This document shows, one piece after another, positions 29,401 through 38,856 of a stretch of DNA of 59,525 nt. Made by a program: the position numbers and the translations under genes. How positions within the stretch are numbered: the first letter of the stretch is position 1; each line of letters opens with the position of its first letter. Origin of the DNA: a virus (lineage: Duplodnaviria > Caudoviricetes); the IMG/VR virus record IMGVR_UViG_3300037234_000303, positions 1 to 59,525 of that record; one strand, written 5' to 3'. The notes under the pieces were generated by a model. That model was not told the origin of the DNA. It saw only the letters and a list, made by a program, of their open reading frames with translations, and searched no databases.

Positions 29401-32400
29401 ATCAGGCACACGGAAGATGTACCTCAGTCGCTGATGGACAACACCGGCCTTACCCGCGATCAGATCGGTGCCATGTTCAGTGCCGTTGACGTACTGGTCG
29501 CTGTCCGGGTTACTCCGACAGCAGAGCGCACGTTCCAGCCTGCTCCGCCAGCCAGAGAGCCGACGCAGAAGTACAGGAAGGATGAGGCCTATGTAGCAAG
29601 GCGTGATGAGATTGCCGAGAAGGCCAACGCCATGTTCGACAGTTCCGGCAAGGAACGTGAAAGGCTCAGGGACGAGCTCGACACGTTAAAGAAAAGCCAC
29701 GAGAAGGTTTCGAAGGACACAGCAAAAGCGTGGGTCAAGGACAAGAAGTACGCCAAGAGCCAGACCATCACTCCTATAGAAGCCACGAAGCTGGGCTCTG
29801 CTACCAATGCGTACGCATCTGATATATTCAAGCAGCTCACCAACAAAATAAATGCACCAAAGCATATCAAACTGCTGAGTTCCAAGCAGGCAATATCCGA
29901 GCTGATCAAGGACAACAAGCCCAGTTGGGTTGAACAGATAGCGAACGGCTCCATGCATGGGTTCACTGCCAACCTCAAGGATGGCAGCATCGGCGTGTAC
30001 GTGCGCCCCGGGCTGGACAAGGCACTGACCAGAGAGGTCATGGGCCATGAGGTAGGGCATGCTGTCTACCGCTCGTTCACAGCCACTCTTGATTCGCGAA
30101 CAGCGAAGACCATACTCCAAGAGTATGTCACGTGGCGCAAGAAGCACAGCAAGTCCACCACCACGATTGAAGAGTTGCTCCGTACCAAGAAGCAGCCCAA
30201 GTCATTACTGATTGCCATGGGCAACGCGCAGCGCAACACCAAGCTGCATGAGCTCGAGAAGGACGTTCAGGAATACCTGCTTGACTATGAAGAGTGGTTT
30301 GCTGACAACGTGAGTCGGTGGTTCACAGACCTGAGTACCCCGAAGTCAGCCATGCAGCGGTTCTTCAAAGCCATTGCGGATACGCTGAAGCGCATGCTGG
30401 GCAAAGCCACTCCGGGCAACGTCAACACCCTGCTGGATTCGATAGCGGGTGGCAGGCGGGCATGGGACTTCGCCTTCGAGCCACAGCACATGATGGCCGC
30501 GTCAGCAGCTATCCCGGTACCGGCACCAACAGCCACACTGCTCCGCACGCTGACGGGTGACACGAACTTCATTAAGGAAGCAGCACGGCTCAAGGAGTTC
30601 AGCTACGTTGCCGTCCTCGAGAACCAAGACCCGTACGGTGACGTTATGCATCGTGCGTTCTACCAGTTCCTGTGGAGCGAGCAGCTCACAGAGGAAGCAC
30701 AGGGTCTGATACTCCGAACTGCCCGCAGCAAGGGTATCCAGAACCAGATGCGCACCATCTTCCAGAATGACCGCAAGGCACTCGACTCGCTGTCTGATCC
30801 GATGTCGTCTGCTGCGTATATGTACCAGCTCTGGAAAGCGAACATGCTTGACCTTGGCCAGCGCACTGACAGCTTGTTCCAGAGGATCGCAAAGTTCTTC
30901 CGCGACTTTATGGGGATACTTGCAGATAGTGAAAACTCGATGAATATCTTCCGCCAGCTGGAGACGAACACGTTCCCGATTGAAGCCGAGTCACAGCGCA
31001 GCTCCGTACAGAAGGTTCTGCCTGACTCGATTGCTGCCAACGTGATCAAGACACTTGGCCCAACTTATGAGCTGGCCATGAAGCCCATGCGCTCCTTGTT
31101 CTTCACAGTGGACGAAAGGGTGCGGGCTACAGAGATACCAGCCCTTGTGCAGATCGCCGATCAGTTCCACCTTAAGCCGGGTGAACAGTCAAGCAACCCC
31201 ACTATGTGGAATGCCAAGCAGGAGTTCATTGGCCGCTATGAGAACATCATGCGCCGCATCTTCGAGGGTAAGGACAAAGCCTTCGGTGACGAGACTCTCG
31301 ACTATCTATATGGTGCCAAGGATTTGAAGGATGCACCGGCAGGCGTCACACGTGTTGTGAAGCAGGTGCGTACTCTCATGCGCGAGATGCTCAAGTACCA
31401 GCAGGAAGCGGGCGTGTCCATCAAGGACTTGGGCGCTGACTACTTCCCTTGGGTACTGAACCAAGATGCCATATCTGACAACACAGATACGTTCCGCGAA
31501 GTGCTCATGCAGGACAAGTACACGCAGAACCGGAAAGACTTGGCCGTGTTCGTCAACGTGCGGACTCACATCAACGAGCTGCGCGACCTGTACGACGTGA
31601 CCACCGACTCGCTGTCGAAGGCATTCAAGGATCTTCAAGAGACGGGCGAGTGGAACCTCACGGGTTATGACCCGCAGGCGCTCAGCGACAACAAGCCTAT
31701 AGCGGTTCCCCAGCCAGTCGGCATACACGACGATGTGACCATAGTTGAGTATCTGATCGGGCAGGCCACGTCAGAGGGTGGATTGGACTTCGCCATCAGT
31801 GAGGACAGGCAGGCACCAAGCATCCGGTTCAACAACCCCCGGCTGTTCAAGTTCGTGGATCCCAAGGAGATGAGGCAGTTCCTGTCTGACGATCTGGGCA
31901 TGACCATGTCCATGTACATCTCGCAGGGCGTCAAGCACGCAGAGTTCTCGCGCCGGTTTGGTGAGAACGGCAACGGCCTGAGCTCATTGCTCCAGAAGGC
32001 GGGCGAGCAGGGTGCCACGCGGCAGCAGGTCGATCTGGCCACGAACTATGTTAGAGCATCACTAGGTACTTATGGACGGCAGACGGCTGAGTGGCTGAAC
32101 AAGAAGGTCGGGCTGGCCCTGCCTGAGCATCAGTACTCACCCATCAATGAAGGGCTGAACAAGGCAATGGGCGTAGCCATCGTGTACCAGAACCTGAGGT
32201 ACCTCGCACTGAGTACGCTGACATCCCTCGCAGATGTAATGGGCATAGCGGTACGCTCAAGCAGCCTGAGGGCAACTATTCAATCCATGCGGGCGTTCAC
32301 ACAGCGCAATAAGAACGGATTGGCTGATCTGGGAGAGATGCTGGGCCTCATCGAGCACTCACAGGTCGCTGACGCCCTTGGCTGGCGCTTCGATGGTATG

Positions 32401-33192
32401 CACCTGACCGGCAAGCTGCGCCGCTTCAACGACGGCTTCTTCCGGGTTATTGGGCTGCAGGCATGGACACGCAGCACTCGCCTGATGGGCCTCGCTGCTG
32501 CTGAGTCCTTTATAGTCAAGCACACGCAGCGCCCGGGCAAGCACAGCCAGCGCTGGATGAACGAGCTGAACGTCACCAAGGATGACATCAAGCTCCGGAG
32601 CAACGGCACGCTGAGAGTCCTGTCCCACGCAGAGCGTGGCCAAGCCAGCAAGGAAGAGGTGGCACGCGACGACCGGGTGCGGAATGCCCTGATCCAGTTC
32701 ACAGACGAGGCTATCCTCCGGCCCAACCCGAGCATGAGAACCCTCTGGGGCAGCGACCCGCACTACCAGCTGTTCCAGTATCTCAAGAGCTTCATGTATA
32801 CGTTCCACGAGCGCATCCTCAAACGCTCCGGGCACGAGCTGATGGAAGGCAACTACGCCTCATTCATCTGGCTGATGGGTTACATCCCGGTAATGATCGC
32901 CTCGGACCTGATCAGGGAGACTATCCAATTTGGGGTAGAAGGCGACCCTCGGAAGTCGAATTGGGGCGCTGGCGACTATATAAAGCATGGGGCAGTGCGT
33001 TCTGGGCTCCTTGGCTACGCGCAGCAGGGTATTGACTTTCACACAGACATGAAGTATGGAGGCTATGGGATTGGCGGAATGACCGCAACCTTTGATACAA
33101 TAGCGGCCATACCTGATATACTAACGTTGAAAGATGGGGCTTTGCTCAAGTCGTTGCCCGGGCAGACCGTTTACAAAAACTGGTTGGACTGA
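26482..33192 (+). CDS. Large ejection/polyvalent protein with zincin-like HExxH domain
   Basis: 2236 aa; Gly/Ala hydrophobic N-region; HEVGH...EEWFA. Confidence 0.8.
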   Translation: MAGLRTNDLNDPDYVPPSKNEPGFITGLRSSAQRGPDAVPVAAPSEFEKGLSRGTETLQAGVFGAVEALGSATGSETLQEIGAEGVQRNLEEASAIPAAAVESVFDINDVSTFLDWAAHGLGVLAPSAVTMVGTGGAGALAGAITRAGAARVAAAGAFAGSAVPETGHAFTDLKEGGVESPGAAALQGGIIGLLDVAPQAHLLKMLGTKGKKGILRGAVSGVLDQAPREAVTEAAQEAVGEGFRRAIINQEDPDFVAHLIEAGALGALGGGFAGGVGGAAKGAAGRLFDEDGAIIEDPGIAPSADVTAFDDAERIAAEEGDGDLAAFGLTEFDTNPAFTDVPVDTAVKTKLSGEARERLGLVPEDIGRTHIPSRLERLNAPFVARQRGEQQEFAQELGAGTLLGEMSNARAELERIIEDEGGRLFTFGEDGKLDTSAAPAISSRVADALASGKPGEQVASRTLRERLDEALGKAPDAIAEAQTEAAIGEEVDLPFQSETLHAKVSREAERQFPNDVELQQQFIDQEGEALFSQRSGVAENEELAGLLGIPTASLTNEDTARMKKLRTVLDRAQRVGFENIYDFEKPGEFLRNFEGIKTPALSEISDILKTGDIDAETRADFENILATNRPEGVDFTLTGVNLSGPRPIQFSAQASYDVTETQFRVPGSNKVINISNLTNEARKQRQRQEQVFKASEKPLEETGSATDTARLANDVMMGLDMASEQGLIALPQASREQVQAIIAQNATTRLAKGAKKTEAKYAERGPQRAASQKALGDLAKIVGLDTIVETKNNRTFGDVIKSLGVGTPFAKRRERSDPITELPDISEDSTIAFDPTASAKAERFNPRKGKAAKARLEELRTDMTGARGRLASADQEFQKLPDGVAKDQAAKNVARLEKEVLRSEQALEQTERAAHRVGISIDLDVDTAPITVLLTEPQIKSLNAARGKRGIEEFELLGIGGSSALVTPGATKEIRHTEDVPQSLMDNTGLTRDQIGAMFSAVDVLVAVRVTPTAERTFQPAPPAREPTQKYRKDEAYVARRDEIAEKANAMFDSSGKERERLRDELDTLKKSHEKVSKDTAKAWVKDKKYAKSQTITPIEATKLGSATNAYASDIFKQLTNKINAPKHIKLLSSKQAISELIKDNKPSWVEQIANGSMHGFTANLKDGSIGVYVRPGLDKALTREVMGHEVGHAVYRSFTATLDSRTAKTILQEYVTWRKKHSKSTTTIEELLRTKKQPKSLLIAMGNAQRNTKLHELEKDVQEYLLDYEEWFADNVSRWFTDLSTPKSAMQRFFKAIADTLKRMLGKATPGNVNTLLDSIAGGRRAWDFAFEPQHMMAASAAIPVPAPTATLLRTLTGDTNFIKEAARLKEFSYVAVLENQDPYGDVMHRAFYQFLWSEQLTEEAQGLILRTARSKGIQNQMRTIFQNDRKALDSLSDPMSSAAYMYQLWKANMLDLGQRTDSLFQRIAKFFRDFMGILADSENSMNIFRQLETNTFPIEAESQRSSVQKVLPDSIAANVIKTLGPTYELAMKPMRSLFFTVDERVRATEIPALVQIADQFHLKPGEQSSNPTMWNAKQEFIGRYENIMRRIFEGKDKAFGDETLDYLYGAKDLKDAPAGVTRVVKQVRTLMREMLKYQQEAGVSIKDLGADYFPWVLNQDAISDNTDTFREVLMQDKYTQNRKDLAVFVNVRTHINELRDLYDVTTDSLSKAFKDLQETGEWNLTGYDPQALSDNKPIAVPQPVGIHDDVTIVEYLIGQATSEGGLDFAISEDRQAPSIRFNNPRLFKFVDPKEMRQFLSDDLGMTMSMYISQGVKHAEFSRRFGENGNGLSSLLQKAGEQGATRQQVDLATNYVRASLGTYGRQTAEWLNKKVGLALPEHQYSPINEGLNKAMGVAIVYQNLRYLALSTLTSLADVMGIAVRSSSLRATIQSMRAFTQRNKNGLADLGEMLGLIEHSQVADALGWRFDGMHLTGKLRRFNDGFFRVIGLQAWTRSTRLMGLAAAESFIVKHTQRPGKHSQRWMNELNVTKDDIKLRSNGTLRVLSHAERGQASKEEVARDDRVRNALIQFTDEAILRPNPSMRTLWGSDPHYQLFQYLKSFMYTFHERILKRSGHELMEGNYASFIWLMGYIPVMIASDLIRETIQFGVEGDPRKSNWGAGDYIKHGAVRSGLLGYAQQGIDFHTDMKYGGYGIGGMTATFDTIAAIPDILTLKDGALLKSLPGQTVYKNWLD

Positions 33193-33202
33193 GGAAAGTA
33201 TA

Positions 33203-34726
33203 ATGACAGCTGTTGCCGCAGGGACGACTGACCATGGTTCTATGGATGGACGGAGTGACGACGATCACACCCAGTATCTCCTAGTAAGCGGCTCCCGTGC
33301 AATGACGGGCAACCTCACTGCGAGAGCTATCTACCCTGATACAAATGAATTACGGGACTTAGGCCAAGCTGCCGTTCGCTGGAACCGCTTATTTACGAAA
33401 CAGACAATCTCCGTGAACCTCTCCGGGACCGACCTCGGGACTGCCTCATACGCCACCAATGCTAGTCTGTTTGGCCGAGTGCACAACGCAGGGGGCGGCG
33501 GCACTTGCCATATGCAAGCCAGCGGCTCCGGCTCATTCGCGAGTGGCCACGTATTAAAGAACGGTGTTGGCGCAGGCACTTGCCGAGTGACCTCCTCGGG
33601 CAATGGTTCCTTCTCGTTTGGTTTTGCATACCAGAACGCCACGGGCAAGGACTCGCTTATTCAGGCAAACGGCCATGGTGCATTTACTTTTGGCTTCGCC
33701 AAGAACGGCAGCATTATGTCAACCACCAACGGCACATTCGCTGGTGGTTATGCAAGGGACACGGGCAGTTTGATTTCGGCTGGTGGGTTAGGCTCCCACG
33801 CCACAGGGCAGGCAACAAATGGCTCTACGATATCTGCCAGCGCCCACGGCACCTGCGCCACGGGCTTCTGCAACGGAGCTGCCGGTAATATCCAAGCGGG
33901 TCAGGCTGGTTCCGCTGCACGTGGCATGGCCGACGGACAGGAGATTAAGAGCTCATCTAGTGCCGCATGGGCATCCGGCTACGCCGCCGAAGGGTATGAC
34001 ATACTGGCGTCCGGGCTCGCCTCGTTCGCATCGGGTAGGGCTCAGAGCGCTGATATTGTCGCCAGCGGACATGGGTCTTTCCAGTGGGGCCCCGGCACAA
34101 ACTCCACCCACCAAAGCATGCAGATTGGCGCGAACATAATGCTTGACCCTGCCACGGGTATAGGGATCAAAAATGGATTAGACATGCGCCTGTGGGATTC
34201 CGGCAGCTCTAATTATGTAGGGTTCGTTGCACCGGCGTTAACAGCAAACCAAATATGGACGTTGCCAGCCGCTGACGGCACTGTTGACAAGGTAGTCAAG
34301 ACCAATGGGGCTGGCGAGCTTGACTTTGTCCACATGACGGGTGCAGTGCTCGAAGCGGCCGATAACATTGGAGCCCTAACCGGTAACGACAATTATTTAG
34401 ATTTGCACAATGGCAAGGTCATGGATGCGACTCTCGGTCACCCGCAGTGCCGCGCAGGCAGTATCGTAGGGATCGCGGGCTCAGCAAACATAACTACCTT
34501 CACAGGCGGCGACGAGGTGCAATGTGAAGCTCGCATCAATGGTGTCGTTGCTTTAACAGTTGTCGGGAGCATCTCAGCAACAGGCATATTCACGCAGTCA
34601 GCTATACAAGCAAGGGGCGTGGACACATTTAGCGCGAACGACCACATACAGATGAGTATGTCAACAGTAAGTGGTGCACCAATATGGGAATATCCCTCAA
34701 TAACAGTAGAAGTTGTTTACGACTAA
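33203..34726 (+). CDS. Tail fibre/spike with YadA-head-like ASG repeats
   Basis: DDDHTQYL motif; repeated (A/S)SG..SFA.G; WTLPAADG. Confidence 0.75.
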   Translation: MTAVAAGTTDHGSMDGRSDDDHTQYLLVSGSRAMTGNLTARAIYPDTNELRDLGQAAVRWNRLFTKQTISVNLSGTDLGTASYATNASLFGRVHNAGGGGTCHMQASGSGSFASGHVLKNGVGAGTCRVTSSGNGSFSFGFAYQNATGKDSLIQANGHGAFTFGFAKNGSIMSTTNGTFAGGYARDTGSLISAGGLGSHATGQATNGSTISASAHGTCATGFCNGAAGNIQAGQAGSAARGMADGQEIKSSSSAAWASGYAAEGYDILASGLASFASGRAQSADIVASGHGSFQWGPGTNSTHQSMQIGANIMLDPATGIGIKNGLDMRLWDSGSSNYVGFVAPALTANQIWTLPAADGTVDKVVKTNGAGELDFVHMTGAVLEAADNIGALTGNDNYLDLHNGKVMDATLGHPQCRAGSIVGIAGSANITTFTGGDEVQCEARINGVVALTVVGSISATGIFTQSAIQARGVDTFSANDHIQMSMSTVSGAPIWEYPSITVEVVYD

Positions 34727-34736
34727 AAGGAGCTCG

Positions 34737-35534
34737 ATGATTATGCACGTAATTACAGGAATACCAAGAGCAGGAAGCACACTGCTATGTAACATCCTTG
34801 CGCAGAACCCTGCGTACAAGGTGCAGCACACGTCACCATTGGCTACGTTTGTTAATGGCATAGCGCTGACTGCGAGCATATCCCCAGATATGCAAAACTC
34901 TTATATAGGTGACCAGTCTATGTACCAGCGCATGGTCAGCGCCACCAGAGCTTTTGCTGACGAGTGGAATACGTTTGACACAGAGGCTGAACTTGGGCAG
35001 ACCGTGTGGGACAAGAACCGGCTATGGACAGTCAACACAATGAGTCTGCAACAGCTGTACCCGGAGGCCAAGACGATCGTACTGGTGCGTGACCTGCGCG
35101 ACGTACTGGCGTCGATGGAGAAGCAGCACAGGAAGCAGCCGATGTTTGATGCAACCGTCGATGCCCAATACAAGACGGTATACGCCCGCAGCGCGTCACT
35201 CATGGAACCAGATGGCTTGGTCGGTGCCTGCGTACTCGGCGTCGAAGATATCATACGCAGGAACCATAAGAACGTCATCGTTCTCGCATATGAGGAGTTT
35301 GTCTACAACCCGGAGAAGGCACTGGCGTTGCTCGACGACTTTGAATATGACTTCGAGAACATCGTCAACACAGCGACGGACGTTGACGCACTGAACTACG
35401 ACAAGTTCCCGCACGAGGGCTCTGGCAAGATCGACAAGGGCTACGTTAATTCGTGGAAGGAATTTATAGACCCCGACCTCGCAGACCAGATAAGGTCGTG
35501 GTATCCATTCTACACAAAATCATTGGGGTATTGA
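34737..35534 (+). CDS. PAPS-dependent sulfotransferase family protein
   Basis: 5'-PSB loop GIPRAGSTLL; 3'-PB VRDLRDVLAS; YEE motif; AAGGAG RBS. Confidence 0.88.
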   Translation: MIMHVITGIPRAGSTLLCNILAQNPAYKVQHTSPLATFVNGIALTASISPDMQNSYIGDQSMYQRMVSATRAFADEWNTFDTEAELGQTVWDKNRLWTVNTMSLQQLYPEAKTIVLVRDLRDVLASMEKQHRKQPMFDATVDAQYKTVYARSASLMEPDGLVGACVLGVEDIIRRNHKNVIVLAYEEFVYNPEKALALLDDFEYDFENIVNTATDVDALNYDKFPHEGSGKIDKGYVNSWKEFIDPDLADQIRSWYPFYTKSLGY

Positions 35535-35535
35535 C

Positions 35536-36831
35536 ATGGCAAGATGGTACGACGTTTCTTTTGGCAGCACGAAGACCGGGCTAACTCCGACGTATCGTCA
35601 GTACGATAACACGGGTGCGGAAGTCGTTGCAGCCACGGCTACTGGTGTTGTGGAAGTTGGTGGAGGCGCATACGGTGTCCTCGTAGCCCTCGATGCAACT
35701 ACCACGGGCATCGAATGGGACTCGGGCACGGGTGTGTTCGCGCACGAAGACATTGTGCATCTCGGCAAGGTAGACGACATCTTGTTGGACACAGCGGCTA
35801 TGCAGCCCCTGACTGTCACCATGGACGGGAAGCTTGATACCATCGACACAGAGGTTGGTGTCATTGACACAGAGGTTGGTGTCATCGACGGGATCGTAGA
35901 TGACATCTTGGCGGACACAGCGGCAATGCAGCCCCTGACTGTCACCATGGACGGGAAGCTCGATACCATCGACACAGAGGTTGGTGTCATTGACACAGAG
36001 GTTGGTGTCATCGATGGCAACGTTGATCTCATCTTAGCAGACACAGCGGCGATGCAGCCTCTGACAGTCACCATGGACGGCAAGCTGGACACCATCGACA
36101 CTGAGGTTGGTGCCATCGACGGGGTCGTAGACGCCATCCTGCTGGACACAGATGCTATGCAACCCCTGACTGTCATCATGGACGGGAAGCTGGACGCCAT
36201 CGATACTGTCGTCGATACTGTCTTGGTAGACACAGCGGCAATGCAGCCCCTGACTGTCACTATGGATGGGAAGCTGGATACCATCGACACAGAGGTTGGT
36301 GTTATCGACGGGATCGCAGACACCATCTTGTTGGACACAGCGGCCATGCAGCCCCTGACTGTCACTATGGACGGTAAGCTTGACACCATCGACACAGAGG
36401 TTGGTGTCATCGACGGGATCGCTGATCTCATCTTAGCAGACACAGCGGCTATGCAGCCTCTGACTGTCACTATGGACGGGAAGCTCGATGATACCTTGGT
36501 AGACACAGCGGCCCTTATCGTCCTTGGTCAGGACATCCTGTGGCCTGTATCGCAAATGTCGCCTGTGGTCAACCTTATAATCCCGAAGCTCAACTCCATG
36601 GACGGGAAGCTGAATACCATCGACTCAGAGGTTGGTGCCCTCGATACCCGGCAGATTCTGATCGAGAAGATTCTCAGGAACAAGACTGAGACCGACCCCG
36701 TTACCGGGATAATGACTGTGTACGACGATGACAATGTAACTCCGTTGCTCACAGCCAATTTATATGATGACATCGCCGGAACGACACTGTACAACGGTGC
36801 TGGCGCGGATCGGAGGAACAGGCTGACATGA
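35536..36831 (+). CDS. Acidic coiled-coil repeat protein (putative fibre stalk)
   Basis: Seven DTAAMQPLTVTMDGKLD repeats; C-terminal VYDDDNVTPL. Confidence 0.8.
   Translation: MARWYDVSFGSTKTGLTPTYRQYDNTGAEVVAATATGVVEVGGGAYGVLVALDATTTGIEWDSGTGVFAHEDIVHLGKVDDILLDTAAMQPLTVTMDGKLDTIDTEVGVIDTEVGVIDGIVDDILADTAAMQPLTVTMDGKLDTIDTEVGVIDTEVGVIDGNVDLILADTAAMQPLTVTMDGKLDTIDTEVGAIDGVVDAILLDTDAMQPLTVIMDGKLDAIDTVVDTVLVDTAAMQPLTVTMDGKLDTIDTEVGVIDGIADTILLDTAAMQPLTVTMDGKLDTIDTEVGVIDGIADLILADTAAMQPLTVTMDGKLDDTLVDTAALIVLGQDILWPVSQMSPVVNLIIPKLNSMDGKLNTIDSEVGALDTRQILIEKILRNKTETDPVTGIMTVYDDDNVTPLLTANLYDDIAGTTLYNGAGADRRNRLT
35788..36501 (+). repeat. Coding tandem repeat, units of 126,126,105,84,105,105,63 bp
   Basis: Unit starts at GACACAG; all lengths are multiples of 21 bp. 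Confidence 0.9.
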
Positions 36832-36974
36832 TCGTAGCACGCGGACTTGGTTCCCCGGGGAGGCTCCTAGCGAGCTCCGGGCTCGGTAGATTCAGCAAGC
36901 GGCTGGTAGCAGGCGGGGCCGCTCGATTCTGCCTGTATATCATACAAACAGTGGTGCGCAGCGTTGAGCGGTGA
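36828..36974 (+). CDS. 48-aa hypothetical protein (MIVARGLG...)
   Basis: GGAGG RBS, ATGA overlap. Confidence 0.5.
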   Translation: MIVARGLGSPGRLLASSGLGRFSKRLVAGGAARFCLYIIQTVVRSVER

Positions 36975-37152
36975 GATAGTACAGTTCAGTCTGCAGCGAG
37001 CGAAAGCCGTGGAATCTGTGGTATCATACATAGAACAAGCAGTTGTGAGCCTGCGCTGTGTGGACACAGGGCGGCAGGCAACGGTATACATTACTCAGAC
37101 CCCGCAGTACACGTGGGATCTGGGTTCTTTTGGTTTAACTGGATGCAGTTGA
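36964..37152 (+). CDS. Hypothetical protein (possibly frameshifted continuation)
   Basis: TTG start, no clear RBS. Confidence 0.35.
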   Translation: MSGEIVQFSLQRAKAVESVVSYIEQAVVSLRCVDTGRQATVYITQTPQYTWDLGSFGLTGCS

Positions 37153-37162
37153 GGAGTAAGAT

Positions 37163-37474
37163 ATGGCGGCTAATGAGATACATTTAGAGGACATCGGAAC
37201 CATCTTTGAGATCACTCTGAAGGATGGCGACGCGATCGTTGACCTGCAGCTGGCCACCACGATGGAGATACTGTTCCTCCCGCCCAACAAGGTGGCAGTG
37301 ACACAGACAGCGGTGCACAAGACCGATGGCTCCGACGGCATCATACAGTATACGACCCTCGCCGACGACTTGGATCAGGTCGGCAGGTGGAAGATTCAAG
37401 CGCACGTAATTCTACCGGCTGGCGAGTGGAAGTCAGACGTCGCAGAGTTCAAGGTGCATAGTAATTTAACCTGA
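37163..37474 (+). CDS. BppU N-terminal-like Ig-fold structural protein
   Basis: D.G..F.IT..D, G.I.Y....DL...G.W..Q motif. Confidence 0.65.
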   Translation: MAANEIHLEDIGTIFEITLKDGDAIVDLQLATTMEILFLPPNKVAVTQTAVHKTDGSDGIIQYTTLADDLDQVGRWKIQAHVILPAGEWKSDVAEFKVHSNLT

Positions 37475-37500
37475 CGTATAATCAACCCGAGGACGGCGCG

Positions 37501-37896
37501 ATGCCCGAAACAGCAGAGATAAGAGGATTAGAAGTGCGAGTGGCTGTACTGGAAAAACAGCAGGCAACTTTTGAACGAAGTGCTATTGGATTTATGCAGC
37601 ACGCTGCGAACGAGGAGAACAGTATCCACGAGAGACTCGACGAAATTGTCTCGGAAGTCCACAAGATTCCCGAGATGGTTAGCAAGAAGATCAACGAGTC
37701 CCGCACCGAGATGCGGAACGAGATTGATAAGGCGCACCCGCGCAGGCACGAGGTAGTAACACCCCGGGCGCTGTATGCGTTCGCCGGTATTCTTGCCGTC
37801 GTGTTGGTAGCCGGGATGACAGTCACCATGGTCGTATGGGACAAGATTGACAACGCGACCCACGTGGAGCAGCCTTATGAGACCCCAACTCGCTGA
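37501..37896 (+). CDS. Coiled coil plus C-terminal TM protein (holin/antiholin-like)
   Basis: RVAVLE N-terminus, single TM, just before the endolysin. Confidence 0.6.
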   Translation: MPETAEIRGLEVRVAVLEKQQATFERSAIGFMQHAANEENSIHERLDEIVSEVHKIPEMVSKKINESRTEMRNEIDKAHPRRHEVVTPRALYAFAGILAVVLVAGMTVTMVVWDKIDNATHVEQPYETPTR

Positions 37897-38371
37897 GAAC
37901 ATCCACAGTATAGTCATCCACTGCTCCGCTTCTCGCGAGGGCAGACCCTTGAGTTTGGCCAGTCTTAATGCCATGCACAAGCAGCGTGGCTTTGCCATGG
38001 TCGGTTACCACAGGGTCATCCTGCTTGATGGCAGCGTGGTTCAGGGTCGCCCATACACCCGGCAGGGTGCCCACGTCGCTGGAAATAATCTCAACACACT
38101 CGGGATCTGTATGGTTGGTGGCTTGGCAGAGGATGGCACCCCGAAGAACACATTCACGTCAGCACAAATGACAGCTCTGGCAGCGGAGCTGATCAATCTT
38201 AAGAAGCTGTTCCCGAGCATCCGCCAGATCACAGGCCACCGGGATTACTCGCCAGACCTCAACGGGGATGGTATCATCACACGTAATGAATGGATCAAGG
38301 AGTGTCCTTGCTTCGACGTTAAAGCTAAAATGGCCGAGTGGGGCATGACCCACTTCATGGAGAGATTATGA
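37877..38371 (+). CDS. Endolysin, N-acetylmuramoyl-L-alanine amidase (T7 lysozyme-like)
   Basis: IVIHCSA, GYH, GAHV.G.N, GHRD, K.CP.FDV. Confidence 0.93.
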   Translation: MRPQLAENIHSIVIHCSASREGRPLSLASLNAMHKQRGFAMVGYHRVILLDGSVVQGRPYTRQGAHVAGNNLNTLGICMVGGLAEDGTPKNTFTSAQMTALAAELINLKKLFPSIRQITGHRDYSPDLNGDGIITRNEWIKECPCFDVKAKMAEWGMTHFMERL

Positions 38372-38727
38372 ATACATACAGACAGGGCGAAGGCCTAGTA
38401 AAAACATTTCGTGGCACCGCGCCAACGTACCGAGCACCTGATGTCAACGGCGTCATCAAGCCATTGCCACCCGGCGAGATTGCTGGGTACGTCATGTTCG
38501 CACAGCACGAGGGCGACTCGGTCATTGAGAACATTGACATCACGCTGGTAAACGGCGCGTTCAGTGAGCCGCTCAACGTAGATCTGGTATCCCCGGGTAT
38601 GTGGAAGTACTGGTTCAGGACGGTTGACACAATCGGGCAGGAGTCAATAAATTCGGAGGTGTTGACCCTTGAGGTGTTGGCCCCTTTAGCAAACCCGAAC
38701 CCGCCGACCGGGATAGGCATCGCGTGA
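38368..38727 (+). CDS. Ig/FN3-like hypothetical protein
   Basis: Y...VD..G.ES..S...PNPP motif. Confidence 0.6.
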   Translation: MNTYRQGEGLVKTFRGTAPTYRAPDVNGVIKPLPPGEIAGYVMFAQHEGDSVIENIDITLVNGAFSEPLNVDLVSPGMWKYWFRTVDTIGQESINSEVLTLEVLAPLANPNPPTGIGIA

Positions 38728-38834
38728 CAAGCTCGCAAAAAGTTTTGGTCGGAGTAGCAGTGGGTATAGGCCTCTCGCTTCTCGCACTCACTATCCTATA
38801 CGGCGCAGCCTTGTACGCATGGCTCGGAATCTAA
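38724..38834 (+). CDS. 36-aa TM microprotein
   Basis: GTGA overlap; MTSSQKVLVGVAVGIGLSLLALTILYGAALYAWLGI. Confidence 0.45.
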   Translation: MTSSQKVLVGVAVGIGLSLLALTILYGAALYAWLGI

Positions 38835-38856
38835 CAGGAACTGCACGGAGAATGAT

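Noticed and set aside
35788-36501. Repeats as CRISPR array or DGR template/variable regions
   Set aside because: In-frame coding repeats with mostly synonymous, not adenine-specific, differences; no reverse transcriptase.
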